Of a stretch of DNA of 64,000 nt, positions 50,437-60,297 are shown in pieces. Location of the stretch: assembly GCA_963716985.1 (NCBI GenBank), contig OY970323.1, positions 1,504,001 to 1,568,000 of the forward strand, in the 5' to 3' direction. Origin of the DNA: an uncultured bacterium. GTDB lineage: Bacteria > Chlamydiota > Chlamydiia > Chlamydiales > SM23-39. A program made the translations under genes and the position numbers. The notes beneath the pieces are model-generated. The model was not told the DNA's origin, did no database searches, and saw nothing but the letters and a program-made list of their open reading frames with translations. How positions within the stretch are numbered: the first letter of the stretch is position 1; the number at the start of each line of letters is the position of its first letter.

Positions 50437-51114
50437 ATGCACCATACGATTCCCACCCTTTTTCAGACAGGAACCCTTCCTTCTTTCCTCCAATGTCTTT
50501 ACGAGGGGGATACGGAACTTCAAGTATTGCTCTCTCATGGAGATTTTGGAATTGGAACCTATAATTGTCTTGACGGAGAGCTCATTTTGCTAGATGGGCA
50601 GTTTTATCAGACAAATGAAAACGGAAGGGTGACAAAACCCTCCTTGCAAATGAAAACTCCTTTCAGCAACGTTCTTTTCTTCCAAAAAATAAAGGAACTT
50701 CCCCTGCAACAGATCTCATCTGTTCAAAATTTAGAAAAGGAGCTGTCTCTCCATCTAAAAACAAAAAATTATATCCACGCATTTCGCATCGACGGCAAGT
50801 TTCAGGAGGTCAAAATCCGAAGTGTTCTCAAGCAAAAGGCTCCCTTCCGTCCTTTTCAAAGTCAGCCCCATGCAGTTTCCGAAACGAGTTTGCAAGAAGC
50901 GCGGGGAACCATTTTAGGCCTCCGATTTCCCTCCTATCTGCGCTCTTTAAACGTCGAGGGATACCATTTTCATTTCATCGATGAGAAAAAAGAATACGGC
51001 GGCCATCTTTGTGCCGCAAAAATTGTCAAAGCTGCCGCGCACATCTGTCCGATTGAGAATTTTCAACTCCACCTTCCCGACACGAAAGAATTTCAAAAAA
51101 TGAATTTACCTTGA
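50437..51114 (+). CDS. budA: Alpha-acetolactate decarboxylase
   Basis: HGDFGIGT..LDGE..LDG, TPF, RSV, NVEGYHFHF..GGH. Confidence 0.92.
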   Translation: MHHTIPTLFQTGTLPSFLQCLYEGDTELQVLLSHGDFGIGTYNCLDGELILLDGQFYQTNENGRVTKPSLQMKTPFSNVLFFQKIKELPLQQISSVQNLEKELSLHLKTKNYIHAFRIDGKFQEVKIRSVLKQKAPFRPFQSQPHAVSETSLQEARGTILGLRFPSYLRSLNVEGYHFHFIDEKKEYGGHLCAAKIVKAAAHICPIENFQLHLPDTKEFQKMNLP

Positions 51115-51157
51115 CATTTGATTGCGTTTAAGAAAGATTGAAAAATAAAAATTTGTC

Positions 51158-51823
51158 ATGAAAAAAGCCCTTTTTTTGGTTTTTCTTTTATCCTGCTCTT
51201 TTTTATCGCAGCTGCTTCCATCCACTTCTTTGATCTACGAAGAAAGCATAGGGGAGCAAAAACTCAAAACCACCTATCACATCTCCGAAAAAGATGGCAA
51301 GCGCATCATCGAAAGCGACGATGCAAAAGAGAGCTATTCCATGACATTCTCGACAAACTATCAGATCGAGAAAATGGTCTATTCCTCCAAAGAAAATGAC
51401 AATCAATATCAAATCTCCTTGCAAAACTCCGTCGTCTTTTTTGAAGGAAAAGTCGATGGAAAACAAAGAGCGAAAAGCTTCCCCCTGACCAATAGACCGT
51501 GGATGCAAAATTTTATCTTTGGACTCCTCCCATTTGCAGCATCCAACCAAACCTCCTACTCGTTTTTTATCATTAACACAAAAGATCTTCTGGCCTATCA
51601 AATGCGCGCAAAAAAAATGGAAATGGCAACGATCACCGTCCAAAATCAACCCTACAAAGCGCAGAGGATCGAAATTCGCCTTGCCGGATTTAAGGGGCTT
51701 TTCTGGAAAGCAGAGCTCTGGTTTGATACGGAAACACATCAAATGATCCTCTATCAGACAAACGAAGGGCCCAACACTCCGATGACCACGCTCGAATTTG
51801 TCTCAAAACATCCTTCTTTATAA
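51158..51823 (+). CDS. Exported hypothetical protein
   Basis: Signal peptide; beta-rich body. Confidence 0.65.
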   Translation: MKKALFLVFLLSCSFLSQLLPSTSLIYEESIGEQKLKTTYHISEKDGKRIIESDDAKESYSMTFSTNYQIEKMVYSSKENDNQYQISLQNSVVFFEGKVDGKQRAKSFPLTNRPWMQNFIFGLLPFAASNQTSYSFFIINTKDLLAYQMRAKKMEMATITVQNQPYKAQRIEIRLAGFKGLFWKAELWFDTETHQMILYQTNEGPNTPMTTLEFVSKHPSL

Positions 51824-51867
51824 CTCTCTTTGGTGCTATGTTTATTTTTATTTAACGAGCTTGCTCG

Positions 51868-53007
51868 ATGAAGATCCTGATACTCAAAGAAAAAGACTTC
51901 CCCCAAGAAAAAAGAATTGCCATCACACCTGAAAATGGTAAAAAGCTCAAAGATCTCGGAGCGGATCTTTTGATCCAGCAAGGACTCGGCGAGCATCTCA
52001 ACATTTCCGATGAACAATTTGTCAAAGCCGGATCCACCATTTTTTCCGACCCAATACCCGCTCTTGCTTCGGCCGACATTCTCCTCGGCGTACAAAAACC
52101 TGCCCTAGACACACTCTCCCGATTAAAGAAAGATGCTCTTGTGATCTCATTTCTCGACCCCTATCAAGAAAAAGATCTCGTCCAAGAATTGCTCTCGCGC
52201 GGTCTTTCGTCGATTAGTCTGGAGCTCATGCCCAGAACAACTCTTGCCCAAAAAATGGATGCGTTAAGCTCGCAGGCCAACCTTGCCGGCTACGTTGCGG
52301 TCATCACCGCAGCCTCCCTGCTTCCCAAGATTTTCCCCATGATGACAACTCCCGCAGGAAGTCTTTCTCCCGCCACCGTTTTCATTATCGGAGCGGGCGT
52401 GGCGGGACTGCAGGCCATTGCCACTGCCAGACGCCTCGGTGCTCGCGTAGAGGCCTTCGACACTCGTTCGATTGTGGAAGAACAGGTCAAATCATTAGGT
52501 GCGAAATTCATCAAAATCGATTTGGGAGAAACGCAAGCTACAAAAGAGGGCTACGCAAAGCCATTGACGGAAGAGCAGCTCCAAAAACAGAGAGCTGCAA
52601 TGGAAAACGCCTGTGCAAGTGCCGACGTTGTCATCACAACCGCCCAGACATTTGGGAAAAAAGCGCCTCTGCTCTTGACGCGTAAAAATCTAGAATCGAT
52701 GAAACCTGGCTCCATTCTCATCGATCTTGCCATTGACAGCGGCGGAAACATCGAGGGATCAAAACCCAATGAAATCGTCGAGCTTCATGGAGTCAAGATT
52801 CTCGGGCTTAGCAACCCTGCCAGCAGAGTCGCTCTTCACGCCTCGCAAATGCTCTCTTCCAATCTCGTCCACCTCTTGAATCATTTCTGGGATAAGCAAG
52901 AGAAAAAGTTCCGGCTCAATCTCGAAGATGAAATATTAAAAGGATGCCTATTGACCCACCAAAAGCAGATCATCAACGAAACCATCAAAAAACTTTATTC
53001 TGCATAA
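51868..53007 (+). CDS. pntA: NAD(P) transhydrogenase alpha subunit part 1 (soluble dI)
   Basis: EKRIAITP, AQKMDALSSQANLAGY, GAGVAGLQA, GYAK, DLAIDSGGN; no TM domain. Confidence 0.9.
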   Translation: MKILILKEKDFPQEKRIAITPENGKKLKDLGADLLIQQGLGEHLNISDEQFVKAGSTIFSDPIPALASADILLGVQKPALDTLSRLKKDALVISFLDPYQEKDLVQELLSRGLSSISLELMPRTTLAQKMDALSSQANLAGYVAVITAASLLPKIFPMMTTPAGSLSPATVFIIGAGVAGLQAIATARRLGARVEAFDTRSIVEEQVKSLGAKFIKIDLGETQATKEGYAKPLTEEQLQKQRAAMENACASADVVITTAQTFGKKAPLLLTRKNLESMKPGSILIDLAIDSGGNIEGSKPNEIVELHGVKILGLSNPASRVALHASQMLSSNLVHLLNHFWDKQEKKFRLNLEDEILKGCLLTHQKQIINETIKKLYSA

Positions 53008-53075
53008 GAGTTCTTTAACAAAGCGGCTCTTGCAAATTGGGCCAATCGCCTCTTTGTTTGATAAAGGAGATTTTC

Positions 53076-53585
53076 ATGAACACGTTAGACGCAATTTATA
53101 CTCGCAGAAGCATTCGTAAACTTTCCAATGAAAAAATTGCTCCCGAAATCGTAAATGAGCTACTCAAAGCCGCCATGAGCGCTCCTTCAGCGCATAATGA
53201 GCAGCCCTGGCAATTCATCCTGATTGACGACCCAAAACTTCTTGTCGCAATTCCCAAATTTCATCCCCATTGCGCCATGGCCCCCTCTGCCTCTTTGGGC
53301 ATTTTAATCGCAGGAGACTTAAGAGTTCAAAAAGCCGATGGTCTTTGGCCGCAGAGCTGCTCTGCCGCGACCCAAAACCTTCTTCTCGCTGCCCATGAAA
53401 AAGGTCTTGGGGCCGTATGGACGGGGGTCTATCCCAACGAAGAGAGGATAAAAGGCTTTCAAAAGCTCTTATCTCTTCCCAAAGAGGTCATTCCTTTCTC
53501 TTTCGTTCCCGTTGGACATGCCTTGGAGAAACCCCCTCTGCAAAATCGATTTCTCAAAGAGCGGATCCACCATAATCAATGGTAG
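53076..53585 (+). CDS. Nitroreductase family protein
   Basis: RRSIR, APSAHNEQPW, QNLLLAAH..GLGAVW. Confidence 0.92.
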   Translation: MNTLDAIYTRRSIRKLSNEKIAPEIVNELLKAAMSAPSAHNEQPWQFILIDDPKLLVAIPKFHPHCAMAPSASLGILIAGDLRVQKADGLWPQSCSAATQNLLLAAHEKGLGAVWTGVYPNEERIKGFQKLLSLPKEVIPFSFVPVGHALEKPPLQNRFLKERIHHNQW

Positions 53586-53689
53586 ATTATTAAATCACTA
53601 TGAACTGAAGCTCATAGAATTAAGAAAAATGACTGAAAGTCAAGAACTAAAGTCTTGGACTGAAAATCCAGAGATTTGACTAACGATAT

Positions 53690-53771
53690 GAGACATTAAA
53701 TCTACGTCTTGAGCTTCCCCCTCTTTGAAGCGAAAGACTATCGCCCAATTACCGTTAACATGAAGTAACCA
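53690..53771 (-). pseudogene. HigB/RelE toxin C-terminal remnant
   Basis: Reads WLLHVNGNWAIVFRFKEGEAQDVDL, like the W.I.VNGNWRI.F.F..G...DV family motif. Confidence 0.65.
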
Positions 53772-53787
53772 ATTACATTACATCATG

Positions 53788-54084
53788 TCAACAAATGCTG
53801 CATGTGACTGACTCCCCGAGAACTGACGATAAACGACAGCCCTCTTCTTCTAATCTTCTTTTTTGGGCATCTTTCCCTCCAAAGGCATAGGAGGAAGAGA
53901 GAGATCCATCTTGAAAGACTACGCGATGGCAAGGAATTTGGGAAGGCTCGGGATTCCGATGCAGAGCAAAACCTACAATGCGCGCAGAGGTCTTTGCTTT
54001 TTTTGCAATATCCCCATAGGTGGCAACGCTTCCTTTGGGAATCTTCTTCACCTCTTCATAAATACGATCAAAAACCTTTCCCAT
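53788..54084 (-). CDS. O6-alkylguanine DNA alkyltransferase-family protein (DNA-binding domain only)
   Basis: IPKGSVATYGDIA, ARIVG, IPCHRVV. Confidence 0.88.
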   Translation of the reverse strand: MGKVFDRIYEEVKKIPKGSVATYGDIAKKAKTSARIVGFALHRNPEPSQIPCHRVVFQDGSLSSSYAFGGKDAQKRRLEEEGCRLSSVLGESVTCSIC

Positions 54085-54092
54085 AAGAACTC

Positions 54093-54911
54093 CTATTCAG
54101 AAAATTTAATTTCCTTTCTCCAAGGAAATGAAAAAACAAAGCAAAGAGCTGCAACCAAAATGATCGTAGGCCCCGAAGGAAGATTGGCGTAAAAGGAGAG
54201 AACAAGCCCGAAAAGTGAAAAGATAGAGCCAAAAAGACAGGAGGTGAAAATCATCTTGGCAATCGATCCTGCCCTATGCCGCGCGATCGCGGCCGGAAGA
54301 GTGAGTAGAGCAATGACGAGGATCAGGCCAACGACCTGAATCAGCAAAACAACGATCAAAGCGATCATGCAAAGAAGAAATAGGTAAAAAAACGTCGTGG
54401 GAACGCCCCGAACATAGGCAAATTCCATATCAAAGGAGAGCGCAACGAACTCCTTGTAGAAAAGAGCGACGAAAAAACCAATTGCCGCCGTCAATATCCC
54501 CATAAAAATCAACGATTGGGTAGGGATCATAAGAACATTGCCAAAAAGATAGCTCATCAAATCGCTATACCCCGATGTTTTTGAAAGGAAAAGAATACCG
54601 ACTGCCATGCCGATCGCCCAAAGGGCATTGATCATCACATCTTCATAGTGCTTGATTTTGAGGCTGACAAACCCCAGCGCCAAAGCGACGAAGAGCGCGG
54701 AAGCAACTGCGCCCACTAAGGGACTTGCATGAAGGAAAAAGGCGATCCCCATTCCTCCTAAAATTGCATGGGCGATCCCTCCGGCAATAGAACTCATCTG
54801 CCGAACCACAACAAAGGGCCCCACAATCCCGCAGGCAATGCTTGCGATCATTGCGCCGATCAGGGCATTCATGAGAAATTCATGGGTAAAAAGAAGGGCG
54901 ATAAAGTTCAT
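54093..54911 (-). CDS. znuB: Zn/Mn ABC transporter permease
   Basis: IAHAILGG, YLFGNVL, VVGLILVIALLTLPAA. Confidence 0.9.
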   Translation of the reverse strand: MNFIALLFTHEFLMNALIGAMIASIACGIVGPFVVVRQMSSIAGGIAHAILGGMGIAFFLHASPLVGAVASALFVALALGFVSLKIKHYEDVMINALWAIGMAVGILFLSKTSGYSDLMSYLFGNVLMIPTQSLIFMGILTAAIGFFVALFYKEFVALSFDMEFAYVRGVPTTFFYLFLLCMIALIVVLLIQVVGLILVIALLTLPAAIARHRAGSIAKMIFTSCLFGSIFSLFGLVLSFYANLPSGPTIILVAALCFVFSFPWRKEIKFSE

Positions 54912-55651
54912 TTTTTTTCTCTCGTATGGTGATGGATCAACTGCACGGGCATTTGATAGAGCTCTTCAATTCTTTCCTGCGATAAAGGTGCCGTTTGATG
55001 ACAGATCAGCTTTCGATAAATACAGGCAACTCTTGTGATGTAGTGAGAGATGAAGCCGATATCGTGGGAGACGATCAAAATAGTGTACTGTTGGTTCATT
55101 TCCTTTAATAAATCGAAAAGATTTTCTTCTGCCAGAGGGTCTGTACTACTGGACGGCTCGTCCAAAAGAAGGATCTCCGGGCTCGAAGCGAGCGCCCTTG
55201 CAATCATCACTCGTTGCAGCTCTCCTCCGGAAAGAGTCCCAATTGCCCTTTTTCCCAAATGGGGGATCTGCAATTTTTGCAAAAGCTCTTTTGCAATTTC
55301 TCGGTCTTTTCTCGTGTAATTTCCCATCCATCTCGTTTTTCCGAGACGCCCCATCAAAACCGTCTCTTCGACCGAAATGGGAAAGGTGCGGGAAAAGGTC
55401 TTGAATTGAGGAACGTATCCAATTTTTACGCGCCCCTCTTTTGGAGGCAGGCCCAATACCTTTATGGAGCCGCTATTGGGAGTGAGCAGCCCTAAAATCA
55501 ATTTAAGAAGAGTGCTTTTCCCTCCCCCATTAGGTCCAATGATCCCGAGAAAATCCCCCTTTTCGACACACAGGGAAACATCCTCCAGGACAGGACAGCC
55601 CTCTTCATAAGAAAAGTTCACATTTGTACATTCAATGACCGGTGCTTGCAT
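54908..55651 (-). CDS. znuC: Zn/Mn ABC transporter ATPase
   Basis: GPNGGGKST, LSGGELQR, LLDEP, VSHD. Confidence 0.9.
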   Translation of the reverse strand: MQAPVIECTNVNFSYEEGCPVLEDVSLCVEKGDFLGIIGPNGGGKSTLLKLILGLLTPNSGSIKVLGLPPKEGRVKIGYVPQFKTFSRTFPISVEETVLMGRLGKTRWMGNYTRKDREIAKELLQKLQIPHLGKRAIGTLSGGELQRVMIARALASSPEILLLDEPSSSTDPLAEENLFDLLKEMNQQYTILIVSHDIGFISHYITRVACIYRKLICHQTAPLSQERIEELYQMPVQLIHHHTREKK

Positions 55652-56489
55652 TCGACATAGCCCTTTGTATTTTCGTTGCAACTTTTCGCATATTGGAAAA
55701 ATAATCCTCTTCCAAAGGATCAATTTCTTCTACTCTTCCTTGAAAAGCCAGCGCTACAGCGTCGGCGCTCTTGCGGCTCACTCCTTTTTGAATGAATATG
55801 ACTTGGATGTGTTCTTTTTTGGCAGATTCGATGATCGAGGCCAGATCTTGCAGCGAGGGCTCTTTGCCCTCTCTTTCCAAGGCTACCTCTTCGATCCCAT
55901 AATCCTTGGCAAAATAGTCCCAGGCAGGGTGAACGACATAAAATTTCTCCCCTCTAAGCGGCGCAAGCCGGGACGCGATTTCCCGATCGAGTATCTCAAG
56001 ATCCCGAATGAGACTCTCATAGCCGGATCGGTAGAGCCGCTCATTTGCAGGATCGATTTTACCAATATTTTCTACCATAACTCTTGCAATTTTTTTGGCA
56101 AGACTAGGAGATGTCCAGATATGAAGATCTCTCCCTTCTTCTCCCGGAAAAAGCTCCTTTTGAAGATCGACAAGTGTGATTTTTCGGCTCAAGTGCTGCA
56201 CTTTTTCTATCCATCTTTTTTCAAAGGGAAAGTCGGTAGAAAAATAGAGCTTTGCTTGCATCAAAAGAATCATTTCTTGGGGAGAAATTTCATAGGTTTC
56301 ATGATTCTGCCCCGCATGGACAAGCGCGCTAACCGAAATTTTTCCCTGAACAATGCGCTCGGCAAAACATTTTAAGGGCGCAACGCTTACCATAATCTGC
56401 GAAAGCGGCTCTTTTTTTGGCGTATAGAGATAAAAAAGGGCCATGAGAGCTAAGAGAAAAGCAAGCGTGATTGTAAAAAAAGCCTTCAT
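55632..56489 (-). CDS. znuA: Zn/Mn ABC transporter substrate-binding protein
   Basis: HETYE, DLHIWTSP, HPAWDYF, EGKEPS. Confidence 0.9.
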   Translation of the reverse strand: MKAFFTITLAFLLALMALFYLYTPKKEPLSQIMVSVAPLKCFAERIVQGKISVSALVHAGQNHETYEISPQEMILLMQAKLYFSTDFPFEKRWIEKVQHLSRKITLVDLQKELFPGEEGRDLHIWTSPSLAKKIARVMVENIGKIDPANERLYRSGYESLIRDLEILDREIASRLAPLRGEKFYVVHPAWDYFAKDYGIEEVALEREGKEPSLQDLASIIESAKKEHIQVIFIQKGVSRKSADAVALAFQGRVEEIDPLEEDYFSNMRKVATKIQRAMSNASTGH

Positions 56490-56651
56490 TCAGGAAAAAT
56501 CGAGTTATCGTTGATTAAGATTATCTACAAGAGGAGATTTTCACAAAAGGAAAGTCTGAAGCGATCCGTTCCTAGCTTCTTGCTTTTGGCATCGATTTTC
56601 CTATTTGCATAAATAACAAAAGTTGACGCATGCTTTTCATTCGGGGGCCCT

Positions 56652-57248
56652 ATGATCGAAGTTGAAAAAAAGTTTTTTATCGAAGAAAAGGAGCTTCTTC
56701 TTTTGCAACAGATGGCAACGTTTGTGAAAAAAAAATCTTTTACCGATATCTATTTTGACACGAGCGACTACCGCCTTACCTTAAAAAATATGTGGCTGCG
56801 AAAAAGAGATGATCTGTTCGAGTTAAAAATCGGCCTTAAGGAAAAAAGAGATTTCATCGACCAGTATCTCGAAATCGACAAAGAAGAAGAGATTGCAAAG
56901 AGACTCTCTCTTCCCCTCGCATCCGGCTTAGAAAAAGCTCTTAAAGAGGATGGTTTTTTCCCTTTCTGCACCTTTTCCACCACGCGAACAACCTATCGTC
57001 TGAAAGATCTCACGCTTGATTTCGATATTGCAAACTTCGGCGACATGACCTACCGCGTGATGGAGTGCGAGCTTATCGTCCCTCATGCAGACGACATTCC
57101 CTTGGCAGAGCAAAAAATCCACCACTTTTTACAAGAGCATCAAATCATAAGTGCAAAGCCCGCCCTTGGCAAAATTTCCGTCTACCTTGCGCATAAAAGA
57201 AAAGACCACTACCAAGCACTTGTCGATGCGGGGGTCCTTCATGAATAA
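56652..57248 (+). CDS. CYTH-domain (triphosphate tunnel) protein
   Basis: MIEVEKKF, DIYFD, WLRKR, ECE. Confidence 0.85.
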   Translation: MIEVEKKFFIEEKELLLLQQMATFVKKKSFTDIYFDTSDYRLTLKNMWLRKRDDLFELKIGLKEKRDFIDQYLEIDKEEEIAKRLSLPLASGLEKALKEDGFFPFCTFSTTRTTYRLKDLTLDFDIANFGDMTYRVMECELIVPHADDIPLAEQKIHHFLQEHQIISAKPALGKISVYLAHKRKDHYQALVDAGVLHE

Positions 57249-57687
57249 GGAAACGCCCCCCTGCCTCTGCGCTGTCGGAATCGTCATCTTTCACAATCAG
57301 TGTCTTTTCCTCGAGCGAAAAAAACCACCTCTTCTTTGGTGCCCTCCTTGCGGAAAAATGGAAGGAAAGGAATCGCCTCTCGCATGCGTCAAGCGCGAGG
57401 TCAAAGAAGAAACCGCTCTTGAAGTCGACCCTCTTCTTTGCATCCATGTATGGCGTGGGGTAGTTTTGGGCAATGACGTGCTCAGCTTTTCCTATGTTTG
57501 CAGAGCTTCTTCTTCAAAGGTCACACTTTCCGAGGAGCATTCCGCCTACCAATGGATCGACATTTCCAAACTCTCTTCCTACTCGCTTCCCACCGATTTT
57601 GATCTTTCCCTCTGGCCGCTTTGGATCGAATCGGCGCTTTTTTTTCAAAAAAACAGGGACCGGCTGGAAAAAAAGAGCCATTCATAA
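57241..57687 (+). CDS. NUDIX hydrolase
   Basis: PCGKMEGKESP..REVKEET; LSEEH..W. Confidence 0.8.
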   Translation: MNKETPPCLCAVGIVIFHNQCLFLERKKPPLLWCPPCGKMEGKESPLACVKREVKEETALEVDPLLCIHVWRGVVLGNDVLSFSYVCRASSSKVTLSEEHSAYQWIDISKLSSYSLPTDFDLSLWPLWIESALFFQKNRDRLEKKSHS

Positions 57688-57734
57688 TACATTTTGTGCA
57701 GATTCCTCTCAAAAAAATTTGAATATTTGTTATC

Positions 57735-58319
57735 ATGCATTCTAAAATGGTGGAAAACTTTATGATCGCTGCCCAAATCAAGATTCCTTTCTTTGAACCT
57801 TTAAAAAAGAGTCTATTTTTCTCGGTTCTGCAAATTTTTGGAGCCTCTCTATTGCTGGCTCTTTTTTCTCAAATTTGCATTCCACTCGGGTTTAGTCCCA
57901 TACCGATTACTGGGCAGACATTTGGAATAATGCTGATCGGCGCTACTATGGGAAGCCGCAAAGCTTTTTTTAGCGTTATTGCTTATCTTATTGAAGGAAC
58001 CTTGGGATGCCCTTTTTTTGCAGGCGGAAGTTCTGGACTCATCTGTCTTCTTGGCCCATCAGGAGGATATTGGTTGGGATTTATTTTTCAGGCCTATTTC
58101 GTAGGAAGATTCACCGAAAGGCAAATTTCATTTCAAGGAATAAAAATTTTGTCTATCCTTTTACTCTCCTCCTCTCTTCAATTAGGCCTGGGAGTATTAT
58201 GGCTTTCATTCTTTGTCGGTTTTGGCACAGCCGTAATCATCGGCCTTTTACCATTTCTCTTAGGCGATATTATGAAATCGATCGTTCTAACGCTCTATTT
58301 GAAAAAGCACTATCGATAA
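57735..58319 (+). CDS. bioY: Biotin transporter BioY
   Basis: PIPITGQTF, G.PFFAGG, GPSGGY..GF. Confidence 0.9.
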   Translation: MHSKMVENFMIAAQIKIPFFEPLKKSLFFSVLQIFGASLLLALFSQICIPLGFSPIPITGQTFGIMLIGATMGSRKAFFSVIAYLIEGTLGCPFFAGGSSGLICLLGPSGGYWLGFIFQAYFVGRFTERQISFQGIKILSILLLSSSLQLGLGVLWLSFFVGFGTAVIIGLLPFLLGDIMKSIVLTLYLKKHYR

Positions 58320-58345
58320 AAAAGGCTATTTATTAAAAATTTTTT

Positions 58346-59131
58346 ATGAAAAAAATTCTCATTTACGCCGGATCGGGAGTAAACCCTGTTTGCATAAAGA
58401 CGCTTTTATGGGCTTTGAAGCTTGAAAAACTCGATTCTTTTTACTCTCTCTCTTTGGTCGATCATAACAATTTTCTCGGAACCCAATGGCAAAAAGAGAC
58501 CCATTTGGTCATTTTTCCTGGTGGAAGAGACATCCCCTATCATGACGCATTAAAGGGCGCTGCTAATCGCCAACTTTCTGAGTTCGTTTATCAAGGCGGG
58601 AACTTTCTCGGCATCTGTGCAGGTGGTTATTATGGATGTGCATCGATTGAATTCGAGAAAGGAGGCCCCTTAGAAATTGTACAAGATAGAGAGTTGCAAT
58701 TCTTTCCTGGCATCGCCCGCGGACCTGCCTACGGTCTTGGGAAATTTCGATATCAAAGTGAAAAAGGTTCGCAAATTGCGCAGTTAACTCTTTTTCCATC
58801 ACCCTCTAGCTTAAGTTGCCCCTCTTCCGCCTATTACAATGGCGGATGTTCTTTTGTGAAAGCTGAACAGTATGAGAACGTTTCCATTCTTGCGCAGTAT
58901 GCAAATATCAAAGGCAACCCAGCTGCGATCGTAAAGTGTTGTGTTGGAAAAGGGATTGCAATCCTTTGCGGAGTTCATCCCGAATATAGCGCTTTTTATT
59001 CCGATGCGAAAAATCGCTTCAAAACAAATTTCTTTTTAGCCATGCAAAAAATAGAAAATCAGAGAAGAGCTCTTTTTCAAACAATTTTAAAACTTTTAAG
59101 CTTGCCAAACGGTTCTAAAGAGACTCATTAG
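58346..59131 (+). CDS. BPL_N (biotin-protein ligase N-terminal, GATase-like) protein
   Basis: FPGGRD.PY, GICAGGY, YYNGG, GVHPE; follows bioY. Confidence 0.85.
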   Translation: MKKILIYAGSGVNPVCIKTLLWALKLEKLDSFYSLSLVDHNNFLGTQWQKETHLVIFPGGRDIPYHDALKGAANRQLSEFVYQGGNFLGICAGGYYGCASIEFEKGGPLEIVQDRELQFFPGIARGPAYGLGKFRYQSEKGSQIAQLTLFPSPSSLSCPSSAYYNGGCSFVKAEQYENVSILAQYANIKGNPAAIVKCCVGKGIAILCGVHPEYSAFYSDAKNRFKTNFFLAMQKIENQRRALFQTILKLLSLPNGSKETH

Positions 59132-59141
59132 GAGTTTCTTA

Positions 59142-59477
59142 TCAAGCGAGGCGGGTGCCATTGGGAACTTTTCTCTCGGGAGAGGCAAGGACAACGCTAT
59201 CGCCGAGGATAAATCCGCAAACGAGCACCTCTGAGACAAAAGGGCCGATCCTCTTTGGCGGGAAGTTGACAACGCAAATCACCTGCTTTCCCACAAGATC
59301 TTCCTTTCGGTAGAGTTTTGTGATTTGAGCGCTTGAGCTCTTGACGCCCATTTTCTCTCCCAAATCCACCTGGAGCCGATAGGCGCTTTTTTTTGCCTCG
59401 GGAAACTCTTCTGCCGACACAATCGTTCCTGAAAGAAGGACCACCTTTTCAAAATCACTCCAATGGATCTCATCCAT
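59142..59477 (-). CDS. csaA: CsaA/Trbp111 tRNA-binding OB-fold protein
   Basis: SSAQIT, VVNFPPKRIG..SEVL, VPNG. Confidence 0.88.
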   Translation of the reverse strand: MDEIHWSDFEKVVLLSGTIVSAEEFPEAKKSAYRLQVDLGEKMGVKSSSAQITKLYRKEDLVGKQVICVVNFPPKRIGPFVSEVLVCGFILGDSVVLASPERKVPNGTRLA

Positions 59478-60102
59478 TTGCAAACCCTCCTGAAAAAACA
59501 TCTGACGAGCGAATAAATTTTGCCCCTTTCCTTTTCATATCATTCAATGCCCACTCTTCCTCTTTCTCCCCAGGATAGACGGCGGCTATTGCATCTTGAA
59601 TGACAAAAACCGAAAAGCCCAAAGAGAGCGCATCGAGGACCGAAGAATGGACGCAATATTCCGTTGTAAGTCCCGCAAAATAGAGTGCAAAAAGATCTTT
59701 TTTCAGAAGATACTCAAAAAGATGCGTCGTCTCCCCACCTTCATCAAAAAAAACGCTGTAGCTATCAAATTCCAGATCCCGTCCCTTATAAACAGTAAGT
59801 TCGATCTTTTTTGTGTCCAAATAGGCGCTCACTTCCGCCCCTTTGCTAAACTCTACGCAATGAACCGGCCAAAGCCTCTGTTTCCTGCCATGCACCAGGA
59901 TCGTCTCACCCGCACTCTTTCCATGACGGCTAGCAAAGCTTATGTGATTGCTCGGATGCCAGTCTTGGGAGGCAATGACATGATCGAAAAAAGGAATCAA
60001 GGAATTGATGACGGGGATCAGCTCATCGCCCCCTTTGATTTTTAAAGAGCCGTTTGAAAGAAAATCATTTTGCATGTCAACGATGATGAGTGTTTTGTCC
60101 AC
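59470..60102 (-). CDS. pncA: Nicotinamidase/pyrazinamidase
   Basis: VDMQNDF, QDWHP, WPVHC, KG..DSYS, EYCV. Confidence 0.92.
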   Translation of the reverse strand: MDKTLIIVDMQNDFLSNGSLKIKGGDELIPVINSLIPFFDHVIASQDWHPSNHISFASRHGKSAGETILVHGRKQRLWPVHCVEFSKGAEVSAYLDTKKIELTVYKGRDLEFDSYSVFFDEGGETTHLFEYLLKKDLFALYFAGLTTEYCVHSSVLDALSLGFSVFVIQDAIAAVYPGEKEEEWALNDMKRKGAKFIRSSDVFSGGFANG

Positions 60103-60297
60103 AAAAAACTCTTCCGCTTTTCTTTAAAAAAACCAAGACTAATCGAAGGCAATGAAATTGCCTACATTTTTTCTTGATGAATCGGAAAAATTTCTCGCGG
60201 CTTGTCAAAAAAACCATCTGAATAAAAAATTTCTTGGGTTGGAATTGCGAAAACCATAGACTCCGATTTTTAGGGTTTTTTTAAGAAAAATTTGCTC

